From the human T2T-CHM13v2.0 reference genome, Homo sapiens: a stretch of DNA of 64,000 nucleotides. The notes beneath the pieces were generated by a model. The model saw only the letters and a list, made by a program, of their open reading frames with translations. It had not been told where the DNA came from and ran no database searches. The stretch lies in the NCBI RefSeq assembly GCF_009914755.1, contig NC_060948.1. One strand, written 5' to 3'. The position numbers and the translations under genes are program-made. Below are positions 25,183 to 39,407 of this stretch, piece by piece. Positions within the stretch are counted from its first letter, which is position 1. The number at the start of each line of letters is the position of its first letter.

Positions 25183-28100
25183 GGCCTGGAATAAAGTGGA
25201 ATGCTACGGTCTCGAATGGAATAAAAATGTATGGAATGGAATGCAATGAAACGGAATCGAATGTCATAGAATGTAATGGAATGCAAAAAAATGGAATCCA
25301 AAATCATTGACTGGAAAGGCTGGGTGTCGAAAGGAATTGACTCCAATGGAATGGAATCGAATGGAATGGAAGTGAATAGAATCGAACTAAATCGAATGGA
25401 ATGGAATTGATAGGAACGGAATGGAAAGGAATGCAATGATTTGGCATGGAATGGAATCGAATGGCATCGAATGGAATGGAATGGAATGCAATGGAATGGA
25501 ATGTATTAGAATGTAATGAACTTTAATGGAATGTACTCGAATGGATTCGACTGGAATGGAATGTTCTGGAAGTGAATGGACTCCAATGGAATGGATTCAA
25601 AAGGAATGGAATCGTACGGAATGGAATCTAATGGAATGGAATTAAATGGAAATGAATCAAATTGAATAGCACGGAATTGAATTGAATGGAATGGAATGCA
25701 ATGGAATCTAATGAAACGGAAAGGAAAGGAATGGAATGGAATGGAATGGGATGGAATGGAAAGGAATTGAAACGAATGGAATGGAATCGAACTGAAGAGA
25801 CTGGAATGGAATGCACTGGAATGGAAGGGAGTGTAATGGAAGGTTCTCGAAAAAAATGGAATCGAATGGAATGGAATTGAATGGAACGGAATAGAGTCGA
25901 ATGGAATTGAATGGAATGGAATGGACTAGAGTGAAATGGAATCGAACCACAAGGAATGGACAGGAATAGAATGTTCTCGAATTGAATGGAATCGTATGGA
26001 ATGGCATCAAACGGAATGGAATGGACAGCCACGGAATGGAATGCACTCGAATGCAATGGAGTCGAAACTAATGGACTGGAATAGAATGGACTCGACTGGT
26101 ACGGACTCCAATGGAATGGAATCGAATGGAAGGGAATCGAACGGAATGGACTCGAAGGGAAAAGACTGCAATGGAAAGGTCTCGAATGGAATGGAAATTA
26201 ATGGAATGGAATGGAATCGAATGAAATGGAGTCAAAAGGAATGGAATCGAATGGCAAGAAATCGAATGTAATGGAATCGCAAGGAATTGATGTGAACGGA
26301 ACGGAATGGAATGGAATCCAAAGGAATGGAATAGAATGGAATGGAATCGAATGGAAAGGACTCGAATGGAAATCACTCGAATAGAATGCAATTTAATAAA
26401 ATAGGATCAAATGTAATGGAATGGAATGGAAAGGAATCGAAACGAAAGGAATGGAGACAGATGGAATGGAATGGAACAGAGAGCAATGGTATAGAAAGGA
26501 ATGGAATCATCTGGAATGGAATTGAATGGAATGGAATAATATGAAATGGAATGGAATGGAATGGAATGCCCTTGAATTAAATGGACTGGAATGGAATGGA
26601 CTCGAACAGAGTGGAATGGAAAGTGTTGAGATAGAATGGAATGGACTCGTTTGGAATGGTCTAGTAGGCAATGCAATCGACTGGCAGGGAATCAAAAGGA
26701 ATGTAATGGAATGGATTGGACTGGAATGCAATGGACTCGAATAGATTGGAAACGGAATGCAAAGGAATGGAATGGAATAGTACGGAATGGAATGGAAAGG
26801 AATGGAGTGGAATAGACTAGAGTGGAATGGAATGGACTCGAAAGCAATGGACTGGAATGCAACTTTCTTGAATGGACTGGAATCAAACGGAATGGAATGC
26901 AATGCAATCAAATGGCGTGGAATAAAATAGAATGAAAGAGAATCAAATGGAATTGAATCGAATGGAATCGAATGGATTGGAAAGGAATAGAATGGAATGG
27001 AATGGAATTGACTCAAATGGAATGGACTAGAATGGAATGGATTCGAATGGAAGGCAAAGGAATGGAATCTATTGGAATGGACTGTAATGGAATGGAATGG
27101 AAGGAATTGGAATGGACTCGAATGGAATGGACTGCAATAGAAAGGATTCGAATGGAATGAAAAAGAATTGAATGGAATAGAACAGAATGGAATCAAATCG
27201 AATGAAATGGAATGGAATAGAAAGGAATGGAATGAAATGGAATGGAAAGGATTCGAATGGAATGCAATCGAATGGAATGGAATCGAACGGAATGGAATAA
27301 AATGGAAGAAAACTGGCAAGAAATGGAATCGAAATGAATGGAGTGTTATGGAACGGACTCAAAAGGAATTGAATGTAATAGAATGGAGTGGAGTGGACTC
27401 GAATATAATGGACTGGAATGGAATGAAATCACATGGAATGGGAACGAATGGAATGGAATGGAAAGGAATGGAATCGAATGGAAAGGAATCGAATGGAAGG
27501 GAATGAAATTGAATCAACAGGAATGGAAGGGAGTAGAATAGACGGTAATGGAATGGACTGGAATAGAATGGACACGAATGCTCAAATTGAATGCACTCGA
27601 ATGGAATGGAAACGAAAGGAATGTCATCGAATGGAATTGAATCGATTGGAATGAAATTGCATAGAATGGAGTGGAATCAAATGGAATTGAATCGAAAGGA
27701 AAGGAAGCGAATGGACTGAAATGAAATGGACTGGAATTGAATGGAAAGATATGTAATGGAATAGAATGGAACGACATTTCACGGAATGGAATCAAACTGA
27801 ATGGAATCAAATCAATGGAATCAAATCAAATGGAATGGAAAGGAATTGAATGGAGTAGATTGGATTGGATGGGATTGGAATGAAATGTACTGGAAAGGAC
27901 TCGAATTTCATGAAACGGAATGGAATGAATTGGAACGGAACGGACTCGAATGGAATGGAATGTCATGGAATGGCATCAAATGGAATGGCATCAAATGGAA
28001 TGGAATCGAATGCAATGGAATGCTATGGAATGGAATGGAATGCATTGGAATGGAATGTCCTCTAATGGAATGGATTCGAGTGGAATGGAATCGAATATAA

Positions 28101-28726
28101 TGGAGTCGAATGAAATGGAATTGAAAGGAATGGGATCGAATACAATGGAATATACTGGAATGTAATGTAATGAACTCGAATGTAATTGACTGGAATGGAA
28201 TGTACATGAATGGAATGTAATCGAATGGAAAGTAATCCAATGGAATAGAATCTAATGCAATAAAATCGACTCAGATAGAGTAGAATGTAATGGAATGGAG
28301 TGCAGTGCAATGGAATGGAATGGAATGGAATGCAATGGAATGGAATGCAATGGAATGGAATGGGATGGAATGGTGTGGAATGGATAGTAATGGACTGGAG
28401 TGAAATGGACTGGAAAGGAATGGACTCAAATTGAAAGGGCTCGAAAGGAATGGAGTCAAATGGAATGGTCTGGAATGGAATGAACACGAATGTAATGCAA
28501 TCCAATAGAATGGAATCGAATGGCATGGAATATAAAGAAATGGAATCGAAGAGAATGGAAACAAATGGAATGGAATTGAATGGAATGGAATTGAATGGAA
28601 TGGGAACGAATGGAGTGAAATTGTATGCAGTAGAAGAGAATAGAATGGAATGCAAGCGAAAGGAAAGGAATGGATTGGAATGGAATGGAATTCATTGGAA
28701 TGGAAGGGAATGTAGTGTAATGGACA
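25183..28726 (+). repeat. DYZ1 unit, 3544 bp
   Basis: HaeIII spacing. Confidence 0.92.
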
Positions 28727-31700
28727 GGCCTGGAATAAAGTGGAATGCTACGGTCTCGAATGGAATAAAAATGTATGGAATGGAATGCAATGAAACGGAA
28801 TCGAATGTCATAGAATGTAATGGAATGCAAAAAAATGGAATCCAAAATCATTGACTGGAAAGGCTGGGTGTCGAAAGGAATTGACTCCAATGGAATGGAA
28901 TCGAATGGAATGGAAGTGAATAGAATCGAACTAAATCGAATGGAATGGAATTGATAGGAACGGAATGGAAAGGAATGCAATGATTTGGCATGGAATGGAA
29001 TCGAATGGCATCGAATGGAATGGAATGGAATGCAATGGAATGGAATGTATTAGAATGTAATGAACTTTAATGGAATGTACTCGAATGGATTCGACTGGAA
29101 TGGAATGTTGTGGAAGTGAATGGACTCCAATGGAATGGATTCAAAAGGAATGGAATCGTACGGAATGGAATCTAATGGAATGGAATTAAATGGAAATGAA
29201 TCAAATTGAATAGCACGGAATTGAATTGAATGGAATGGAATGCAATGGAATCTAATGAAACGGAAAGGAAAGGAATGGAATGGAATGGAATGGGCTGGAA
29301 TGGAAAGGAATCGAAACGAATGGAATGGAATCGAACTGAAGAGACTGGAATGGAATGCACTGGAATGGAAGGGAGTGTAATGGAAGGTTCTCGAAAAAAA
29401 TGGAATCGAATGGAATGGAATTGAATGGAACGGAATAGAGTCGAATGGAATTGAATGGAATGGAATGGACTAGAGTGAAATGGAATCGAACCACAAGGAA
29501 TGGACATGAATAGAATGGTCTCGAATTGAATGGAATCGTATGGAATGGCATCAAACGGAATGGAATGGACAGCCACGGAATGGAATGCACTCGAATGCAA
29601 TGGAGTCGAAACTAATGGACTGGAATAGAATGGACTCGACTGGTACGGACTCCAATGGAATGGAATCGAATGGAAGGGAATCGAACGGAATGGACTCGAA
29701 GGGAAAAGACTGCAATGGAAAGGTCTGGAATGGAATGGAAATTAATGGAATGGAATGGAATCGAATGAAATGGAGTCAAAAGGAATGGAATCGAATGGCA
29801 AGAAATCGAATGTAATGGAATCACAAGGAATTGATGTGAACGGAACGGAATGGAATGGAATCCAAAGGAATGGAATAGAATGGAATGGAATCGAATGGAA
29901 AGGACTCGAATGGAAATCACTCGAATAGAATGCAATTTAATAAAATAGGATCAAATGTAATGGAATGGAATGGAAAGGAATCGAAACGAAAGGAATGGAG
30001 ACAGATGGAATGGAATGGAACAGAGAGCAATGGTATAGAATGGAATGGAATCATCTGGAATGGAATTGAATGGAATGGAATAATATGAAATGGAATGGAA
30101 TGGAATGGAATGGAATGCCCTTGAATTAAATGGACTGGAATGGAATGGACTCGAACAGAGTGGAATGGAAAGTGTTGAGATAGAATGGAATGGACTCCTT
30201 TGGAATGGTGTAGTATGCAATGCAATCGACTGGCAGGGAATCAAAAGGAATGTAATGGAATGGATTGGACTGGAATGCAATGGACTCGAATAGATTGGAA
30301 ACGGAATGCAAAGGAATGGAATGGAATAGTATGGAATGGAATGGAAAGGAATGGAGTGGAATAGACTAGAGTGGAATGGAATGGACTGGAAAGCAATGGA
30401 CTGGAATGGAACTTTCTTGAATGGACTGGAATCAAACGGAATGGAATGCAATGCAATCAAATGGCATGGAATAAAATAGAATGAAAGAGAATCAAATGGA
30501 ATTGAATCGAATGGAATCGAATGGATTGGAAAGGAATAGAATGGAATGGAATGGAATTGACTCAAATGGAATGGACTAGAATGGAATGGATTCGAATGGA
30601 AGGCAAAGGAATGGAATCTATTGGAATGGACTGTAATGGAATGGAATGGAAGGGATTGGAATGGACTCGAATGGAATGGACTGCAATAGAAAGGATTCGA
30701 ATGGAATGAAAAAGAATTGAATGGAATAGAACAGAATGGAATCAAATCGAATGAAATGGAATGGAATAGAAAGGAATGGAATGAAATGGAATGGAAAGGA
30801 TTCGAATGGAATGCAATCGAATGGAATGGAATCGAACGGAATGGAATAAAATGGAAGAAAACTGGCAAGAAATGGAATCGAAATGAATGGAGTGTTATGG
30901 AACGGACTCAAAAGGAATTGAATGTAATAGAATGGAGTGGAGTGGACTCGAATATAATGGACTGGAATGGAATGAAATCACATGGAATGGGAACGAATGG
31001 AATGGAATGGAAAGGAATGGAATCGAATGGAAAGGAATCGAATGGAAGGGAATGAAATTGAATCAACAGGAATGGAAGGGAATTGAATAGACGGTAATGG
31101 AATGGACTCGAATAGAATGGACACGAATGCTCAAATTGAATGGACTCGAATGGAATGGAAACGAAAGGAATGTCATCGAATGGAATTGAATCGATTGGAA
31201 TGAAATCGCATAGAATGGAGTGGAATCAAATGGAATTGAATCGAAAGGAAAGGAAGCGAATGGACTGAAATGAAATGGAATGGAATTGAATGGAAAGTAA
31301 TGCAATGGAATAGAATGGAACGAAATTTCACGGAATGGAATCAAACTGAATGGAATCAAATCAATGGAATCCAATCAAATGGAATGGAGTAGATTGGATT
31401 GGATGAGATTGGAATGAAATATACTGGAAAGGACTCGAATTTCATGAAACGGAATGGAATGAATTGGAACGGAATGGACTCGAATGGAATGGAATGTCAT
31501 AGAATGGCATCAAATGGAATGGCATCAAATGGAATGGAATCGAATGCAATGGAATGCTATGGAATGGAATGGAATGCATTGGAATGGAATGTCCTCTAAT
31601 GGAATGGATTCGAGTGGAATGGAATCGAATATAATGGAGTCGAATGAAATGGAATTGAAAAGAATGGGATCGAATACAATGGAATATACTGGAATGTAAT

Positions 31701-32270
31701 GTAATGAACTCGAATGTAATTGACTGGAATGGAATGTACATGAATGGAATGTAATCGAATGGAAAGTAATCCAATGGAATAGAATCTAATGCAATAAAAT
31801 CGACTCAGATAGAGTAGAATGTAATGGAATGGAGTGCAGTGCAATGGAATGGAATGGAATGGAATGCAATGGAATGGAATGGAATGGAATGGAATGGAAT
31901 GGAATGGGATGGAATGGTATGGAATGGATAGTAATGGACTGGAGTGAAATGGACTGGAAAGGAATGGACTCAAATTGAAAGGGCTGGAAAGGAATGGAGT
32001 CAAATGGAATGGTCTGGAATGGAATGAACACGAAAGTAATGCAATCCAATAGAATGGAATCGAATGGCATGGAATATAATGAAATGGAATCGAAGAGAAT
32101 GGAAACAAATGGAATGGAATTGAATGGAATGGAATTGAATGGAATGGGAACGAATGGAGTGAAATTGTATGCAGTAGAAGGGAATAGAATGGAATGCAAG
32201 CGAAAGGAAAGGAATGGATTGGAATGGAATGGAATTCATTGGAATGGAAGGGAATGTAGTGTAATGGACA
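28727..32270 (+). repeat. DYZ1 unit, 3544 bp
   Basis: HaeIII spacing; 15-bp deletion at ~31385. Confidence 0.92.
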
Positions 32271-35200
32271 GGCCTGGAATAAAGTGGAATGCTACGGTCT
32301 GGAATGGAATAAAAATGTATGGAATGGAATGCAATGAAACGGAATCGAATGTCATAGAATGTAATGGAATGCAAAAAAATGGAATCCAAAATCATTGACT
32401 GGAAAGGCTGGGTGTCGAAAGGAATTGACTCCAATGGAATGGAATCGAATGGAATGGAAGTGAATAGAATCGAACTAAATCGAATGGAATGGAATTGATA
32501 GGAACGGAATGGAAAGGAATGCAATGATTTGGCACGGAATGGAATCGAATGGCATCGAATGGAATGGAATGGAATGCAATGGAATGGAACGTATTAGAAT
32601 GTAATGAACTTTAATGGAATGTACTCGAATGGAATCGAGTGGAATGGAATGTTCTGGAAGTGAATGGACTCCAATGGAATGGATTCAAAAGGAATGGAAT
32701 CGTACGGAATGGAATCTAATGGAATGGAATTAAATGGAAATGAATCTAATTGAATAGCACGGAATTGAATTGAATGGAATGGAATGCAATGGAATCTAAT
32801 GAAACGGAAAGGAAAGGAATGGAATGGAATGGAATGGGCTGGAATGGAAAGGAATCGAAACGAATGGAATGGAATCGAATTGACGAGACTGGAATGGAAT
32901 GCACTGGAATGGAAGGGAGTGTAATGGAAGGTTCTCGAAAAAAATGGAATCGAATGGAATGGAATTGAATGGAACGGAATAGAGTCGAATGGAATTGAAT
33001 AGAATGGAATGGACTAGAGTGAAATGGAATCGAACCACAAGGAATGGACAGGAATAGAATGGTCTCGAATTGAATGGAATCGTATGGAATGGCATCAAAC
33101 GGAATGGAATGGACAGCCACGGAATGGAATGCACTCGAATGCAATGGAGTCGAAACTAATGGACTGGAATAGAATGGACTCGACTGGTACGGACTCCAAT
33201 GGAATGGAATCGAATGGAAGGGAATCGAACGGAATGGACTCGAAGGGAAAAGACTGCAATGGAAAGGTCTCGAATGGAATGGAAATTAATGGAATGGAAT
33301 GGAATCAAATGAAATGGAGTCAAAAGGAATGGAATCGAATGGCAAGAAATCGAATGTAATGGAATCGCAAGGAATTGATGTGAACGGAACGGAATGGAAT
33401 GGAATCCAAAGGAATGGAATAGAATGGAATGGAATCGAATGGAAAGGACTCGAATGGAAATCACTCGAATAGAATGCAATTTAATAAAATAGGATCAAAT
33501 GTAATGGAATGGAATGGAAAGGAATCGAAACGAAAGGAATGGAGACAGATGGAATGGAATGGAACAGAGAGCAATGGTATAGAATGGAATGGAATCATCT
33601 GGAATGGAATTGAATGGAATGGAATAATATGAAATGGAATGGAATGGAATGGAATGGAATGCCCTTGAATTAAATGGACTGGAATGGAATGGACTCGAAC
33701 AGAGTGGAATGGAAAGTGTTGAGATAGAATGGAATGGACTCCTTTGGAATGGTGTAGTATGCAATGCAATCGACTGGCAGGGAATCAAAAGGAATGTAAT
33801 GGAATGGATTGGACAGGAATGAAATGGACTCGAATAGATTGGAAACGGAATGCAAAGGAATGGAATGGAATAGTATGGAATGGAATGGAAAGGAATGGAG
33901 TGGAATAGACTAGAGTGGAATGGAATGGACTGGAAAGCAATAGACTGGAATGGAACTTTTTGAATGGACTAGAATCAAACGGAATGGAATGCAATGCAAT
34001 CAAATGGCATGGAATAAAATAGAATGAAAGAGAATCAAATGGAATTGAATCGAATGGAATCGAATGGATTGGAAAGGAATAGAATGGAATGGAATGGAAT
34101 TGACTCAAATGGAATGGACTAGAATGGAATGGATTCGAATGGAAGGCAAAGGAATGGAATCTATTGGAATGGACTGTAATGGAATGGAATGGAAGGGATT
34201 GGAATGGACTCGAATGGAATGGACTGCAATAGAAAGGATTCGAATGGAATGAAAAAGAATTGAATGGAATAGAACAGAATGGAATCAAATCGAATGAAAT
34301 GGAATGGAATAGAAAGGAATGGAATGAAATGGAATGGAAAGGATTCGAATGGAATGCAATCGAATGGAATGGAATCGAACGGAATGGAATAAAATGGAAG
34401 AAAACTGGCAAGAAATGGAATCGAAATGAATGGAGTGTTATGGAACGGACTCAAAAGGAATTGAATGTAATAGAATGGAGTGGAGTGGACTCGAATATAA
34501 TGGACTGGAATGGAATGAAATCACATGGAATGGGAACGAATGGAATGGAATGGAAAGGAATGGAATCGAATGGAAAGGAATCGAATGGAAGGGAATGAAA
34601 TTGAATCAACAGGAATGGAAGGGAATAGAATAGACGGTAATGGAATGGACTCGAATAGAATGGACACGAATGCTGAAATGGAATGGACTCGAATGGAATG
34701 GAAACGAAAGGAATGTCATCGAATGGAATTGAATCGATTGGAATGAAATCGCATAGAATGGAGTGGAATCAAATGGAATTGAATCGAAAGGAAAGGAAGC
34801 GAATGGACTGAAATGAAATGGAATGGAATTGAATGGAAAGTAATGCAATGGAATAGAATGGAACGAAATTTCACAGAATGGAATCAAACTGAATGGAATC
34901 AAACCAATGGAATCAAATCAAATGGAATGGAAAGGAATTGAATGGAGTAGATTGGATTGGATGGGATTGGAATGAAATGTACTGGAAAGGACTCGAATTT
35001 CATGAAACGGAATGGAATGAATTGGAACGGAACGGACTCGAATGGAATGGAATGTCATGGAATGGCATCAAATGGAATGGCATCAAATGGAATGGAATCG
35101 AATGCAATGGAATGCTATGGAATGGAATGGAATGCATTGGAATGGAATGTCCTCTAATGGAATGGATTCGAGTGGAATGGAATCGAATATAATGGAGTCG

Positions 35201-35828
35201 AATGAAATGGAATTGAAAGGAATGGGATCGAATACAATGGAATATACTGGAATGTAATGTAATGAACTCGAATGTAATTGACTGGAATGGAATGTACATG
35301 AATGGAATGTAATCGAATGGAAAGTAATCCAATGGAATAGAATCTAATGCAATAAAATCGACTCAGATAGAGTAGAATGTAATGGAATGGAGTGCAGTGC
35401 AATGGAATGGAATGGAATGGAATGCAATGGAATGGAATGGAATGGAATGGAATGGAATGGAATGGGATGGAATGGTATGGAATGGATAGTAATGGACTGG
35501 AGTGAAATGGACTGGAAAGGAATGGACTCAAATTGAAAGGGCTGGAAAGGAATGGAGTCAAATGGAATGGTCTGGAATGGAATGAACACGAAAGTAATGC
35601 AATCCAATAGAATGGAATCGAATGGCATGGAATATAATGAAATGGAATCGAAGAGAATGGAAACAAATGGAATGGAATTGAATGGAATGGAATTGAATGG
35701 AATGGGAACGAATGGAGTGAAATTGTATGCAGTAGAAGGGAATAGAATGGAATGCAAGCGAAAGGAAAGGAATGGATTGGAATGGAATGGAATTCATTGG
35801 AATGGAAGGGAATGTAGTGTAATGGACA
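32271..35828 (+). repeat. DYZ1 unit, 3558 bp
   Basis: HaeIII spacing; 1-bp deletion at ~33959 (ACTTTTTGA versus ACTTTCTTGA). Confidence 0.92.
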
Positions 35829-38800
35829 GGCCTGGAATAAAGTGGAATGCTACGGTCTCGAATGGAATAAAAATGTATGGAATGGAATGCAATGAAACGG
35901 AATCGAATGTCATAGAATGTAATGGAATGCAAAAAAATGGAATCCAAAATCATTGACTGGAAAGGCTGGGTGTCGAAAGGAATTGACTCCAATGGAATGG
36001 AATCGAATGGAATGGAAGTGAATAGAATCGAACTAAATCGAATGGAATGGAATTGATAGGAACAGAATAGAAAGGAATGCAATGATTTGGCACGGAATGG
36101 AATCGAATGGCATCGAATGGAATGGAATGGAATGCAATGGAATGGAACGTATTAGAATGTAATGAACTTTAATGGAATGTACTCGAATGGAATCGAGTGG
36201 AATGGAATGTTCTGGAAGTGAATGGACTCCAATGGAATGGATTCAAAAGGAATGGAATCGTACGGAATGGAATCTAATGGAATGGAATTAAATGGAAATG
36301 AATCAAATTGAATAGCATGGAATTGAATTGAATGGAATCGAATGCAATGGAATCTAATGAAACGGAAAGGAAAGGAATGGAATGGAATGGAATGGGCTGG
36401 AATGGAAAGGAATCGAAACGAATGGAATGGAATCGAATTGACGAGACTGGAATGGAATGCACTGGAATGGAAGGGAGTGTAATGGAAGGTTCTCGAAAAA
36501 AATGGAATCGAATGGAATGGAATTGAATGGAACGGAATAGAGTCGAATGGAATTGAATAGAATGGAATGGACTAGAGTGAAATGGAATCGAACCACAAGG
36601 AATGGACAGAAATAGAATGGTCTCGAATTGAATGGAATCGTATGGAATGGCATCAAACGGAATGGAATGGACAGCCACGGAATGGAATGCACTCGAATGC
36701 AATGGAGTCGAAACTAATGGACTGGAATAGAATGGACTCGACTGGTACGGACTCCAATGGAATGGAATCGAATGGAAGGGAATCGAACGGAATGGACTCG
36801 AAGGGAAAAGACTGCAATGGAAAGGTCTCGAATGGAATGGAAATTAATGGAATGGAATGGAATCGAATGAAATGGAGTCAAAAGGAATGGAATCGAATGA
36901 CAAGAAATCGAATGTAATGGAATCACAAGGAATTGATGTGAACGGAACGGAATGGAATGGAATCCAAAGGAATGGAATAGAATGGAATGGAATCGAATGG
37001 AAAGGACTCGAATGGAAATCACTCGAATAGAATGCAATTTAATAAAATAGGATCAAATGTAATGGAATGGAATGGAAAGGAATCGAAACGAAAGGAATGG
37101 AGACAGATGGAATGGAATGGAACAGAGAGCAATGGTATAGAATGGAATGGAATCATCTGGAATGGAATTGAATGGAATGGAATAATATGAAATGGAATGG
37201 AATGGAATGGAATGGAATGCCCTTGAATTAAATGGACTGGAATGGAATGGACTCGAACAGAGTGGAATGGAAAGTGTTGAGATAGAATGGAATGGACTCC
37301 TTTGGAATGGTGTAGTATGCAATGCAATCGACTGGCAGGGAATCAAAAGGAATGTAAAGGAATGGATTGGACAGGAATGAAATGGACTCGAATAGATTGG
37401 AAACGGAATGCAAAGGAATGGAATGGAATAGTATGGAATGGAATGGAAAGGAATGGAGTGGAATAGACTAGAGTGGAATGGAATGGACTGGAAAGCAATA
37501 GACTGGAATGGAACTTTCTTGAATGGACTGGAATCAAACGGAATGGAATGCAATGCAATCAAATGGCATGGAATAAAATAGAATGAAAGAGAATCAAATG
37601 GAATTGAATCGAATGGAATCGAATGGATTGGAAAGGAATAGAATGGAATGGAATGGAATTGACTCAAATGGAATGGACTAGAATGGAATGGATTCGAATG
37701 GAAGGCAAAGGAATGGAATCTATTGGAATGGACTGTAATGGAATGGAATGGAAGGGATTGGAATGGACTCGAATGGAATGGACTGCAATAGAAAGGATTC
37801 GAATGGAATGAAAAAGAATTGAATGGAATAGAACAGAATGGAATCAAATCGAATGAAATGGAATGGAATAGAAAGGAATGGAATGAAATGGAATGGAAAG
37901 GATTCGAATGGAATGCAATCGAATGGAATGGAATCGAACGGAATGGAATAAAATGGAAGAAAACTGGCAAGAAATGGAATCGAAATGAATGGAGAGTTAT
38001 GGAACGGACTCAAAAGGAATTGAATGTAATAGAATGGAGTGGAGTGGACTCGAATATAATGGACTGGAATGGAATGAAATCACATGGAATGGGAACGAAT
38101 GGAATGGAATGGAAAGGAATGGAATCGAATGGAAAGGAATCGAATGGAAGGGAATGAAATTGAATCAACAGGAATGGAAGGGAATAGAATAGACGGTAAT
38201 GGAATGGACTCGAATAGAATGGACACGAATGCTGAAATGGAATGGACTCAAATGGAATGGAAACGAAAGGAATGTCATCGAATGGAATTGAATCGATTGG
38301 AATGAAATCGCATAGAATGGAGTGGAATCAAATGGAATTGAATCGAAAGGAAAGGAAGCGAATGGACTGAAATGAAATGGAATGGAATTGAATGGAAAGT
38401 AATGCAATGGAATAGAATGGAACGAAATTTCACAGAATGGAATCAAACTGAATGGAATCAAACCAATGGAATCAAATCAAATGGAATGGAAAGGAATTGA
38501 ATGGAGTAGATTGGATTGGATGGGATTGGAATGAAATGTACTGGAAAGGACTCGAATTTCATGAAACGGAATGGAATGAATTGGAACGGAACGGACTCGA
38601 ATGGAATGGAATGTCATGGAATGGCATCAAATGGAATGGCATCAAATGGAATGGAATCGAATGCAATGGAATGCTATGGAATGGAATGGAATGCATTTTA
38701 ATGGAATGTCCTCTAATGGAATGGATTCGAGTGGAATGGAATCGAATATAATGGAGTCGAATGAAATGGAATTGAAAGGATTGGGATCGAATACAATGGA

Positions 38801-39407
38801 ATATACTGGAATGTAATGTAATGAACTCGAATGTAATTGACTGGAATGGAATGTACATGAATGGAATGTAATCGAATGGAAAGTAATCCAATGGAATAGA
38901 ATCTAATGCAATAAAATCGACTCAGATAGAGTAGAATGTAATGGGATGGAGTGCAGTGCAATGGAATGGAATGGAATGGAATGCAATGGAATGGAATGGA
39001 ATGGAATGCAATGGAATGGAATGGAATGGAATGGAATGGAATGGGATGGAATGGTATGGAATGGATAGTAATGGACTGGAGTGAAATGGACTGGAAAGGA
39101 ATGGACTCAAATTGAAAGGGCTCGAAAGGAATGGAGTCAAATGGAATGATCTGGAATGGAATGAACACGAAAGTAATGCAATCCAATAGAATGGAATCGA
39201 ATGGCATGGAATATAATGAAATGGAATCGAAGAGAATGGAAACAAATGGAATGGAATTGAATGGAATGGAATTGAATGGAATGGGAACGAATGGAGTGAA
39301 ATTGTATGCAGTAGAAGGGAATAGAATGGAATGCAAGCGAAAGGAAAGGAATGGATTGGAATGGAATGGAATTCATTGGAATGGAAGGGAATGTAGTGTA
39401 ATGGACA
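35829..39407 (+). repeat. DYZ1 unit, 3579 bp
   Basis: HaeIII spacing. Confidence 0.92.
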
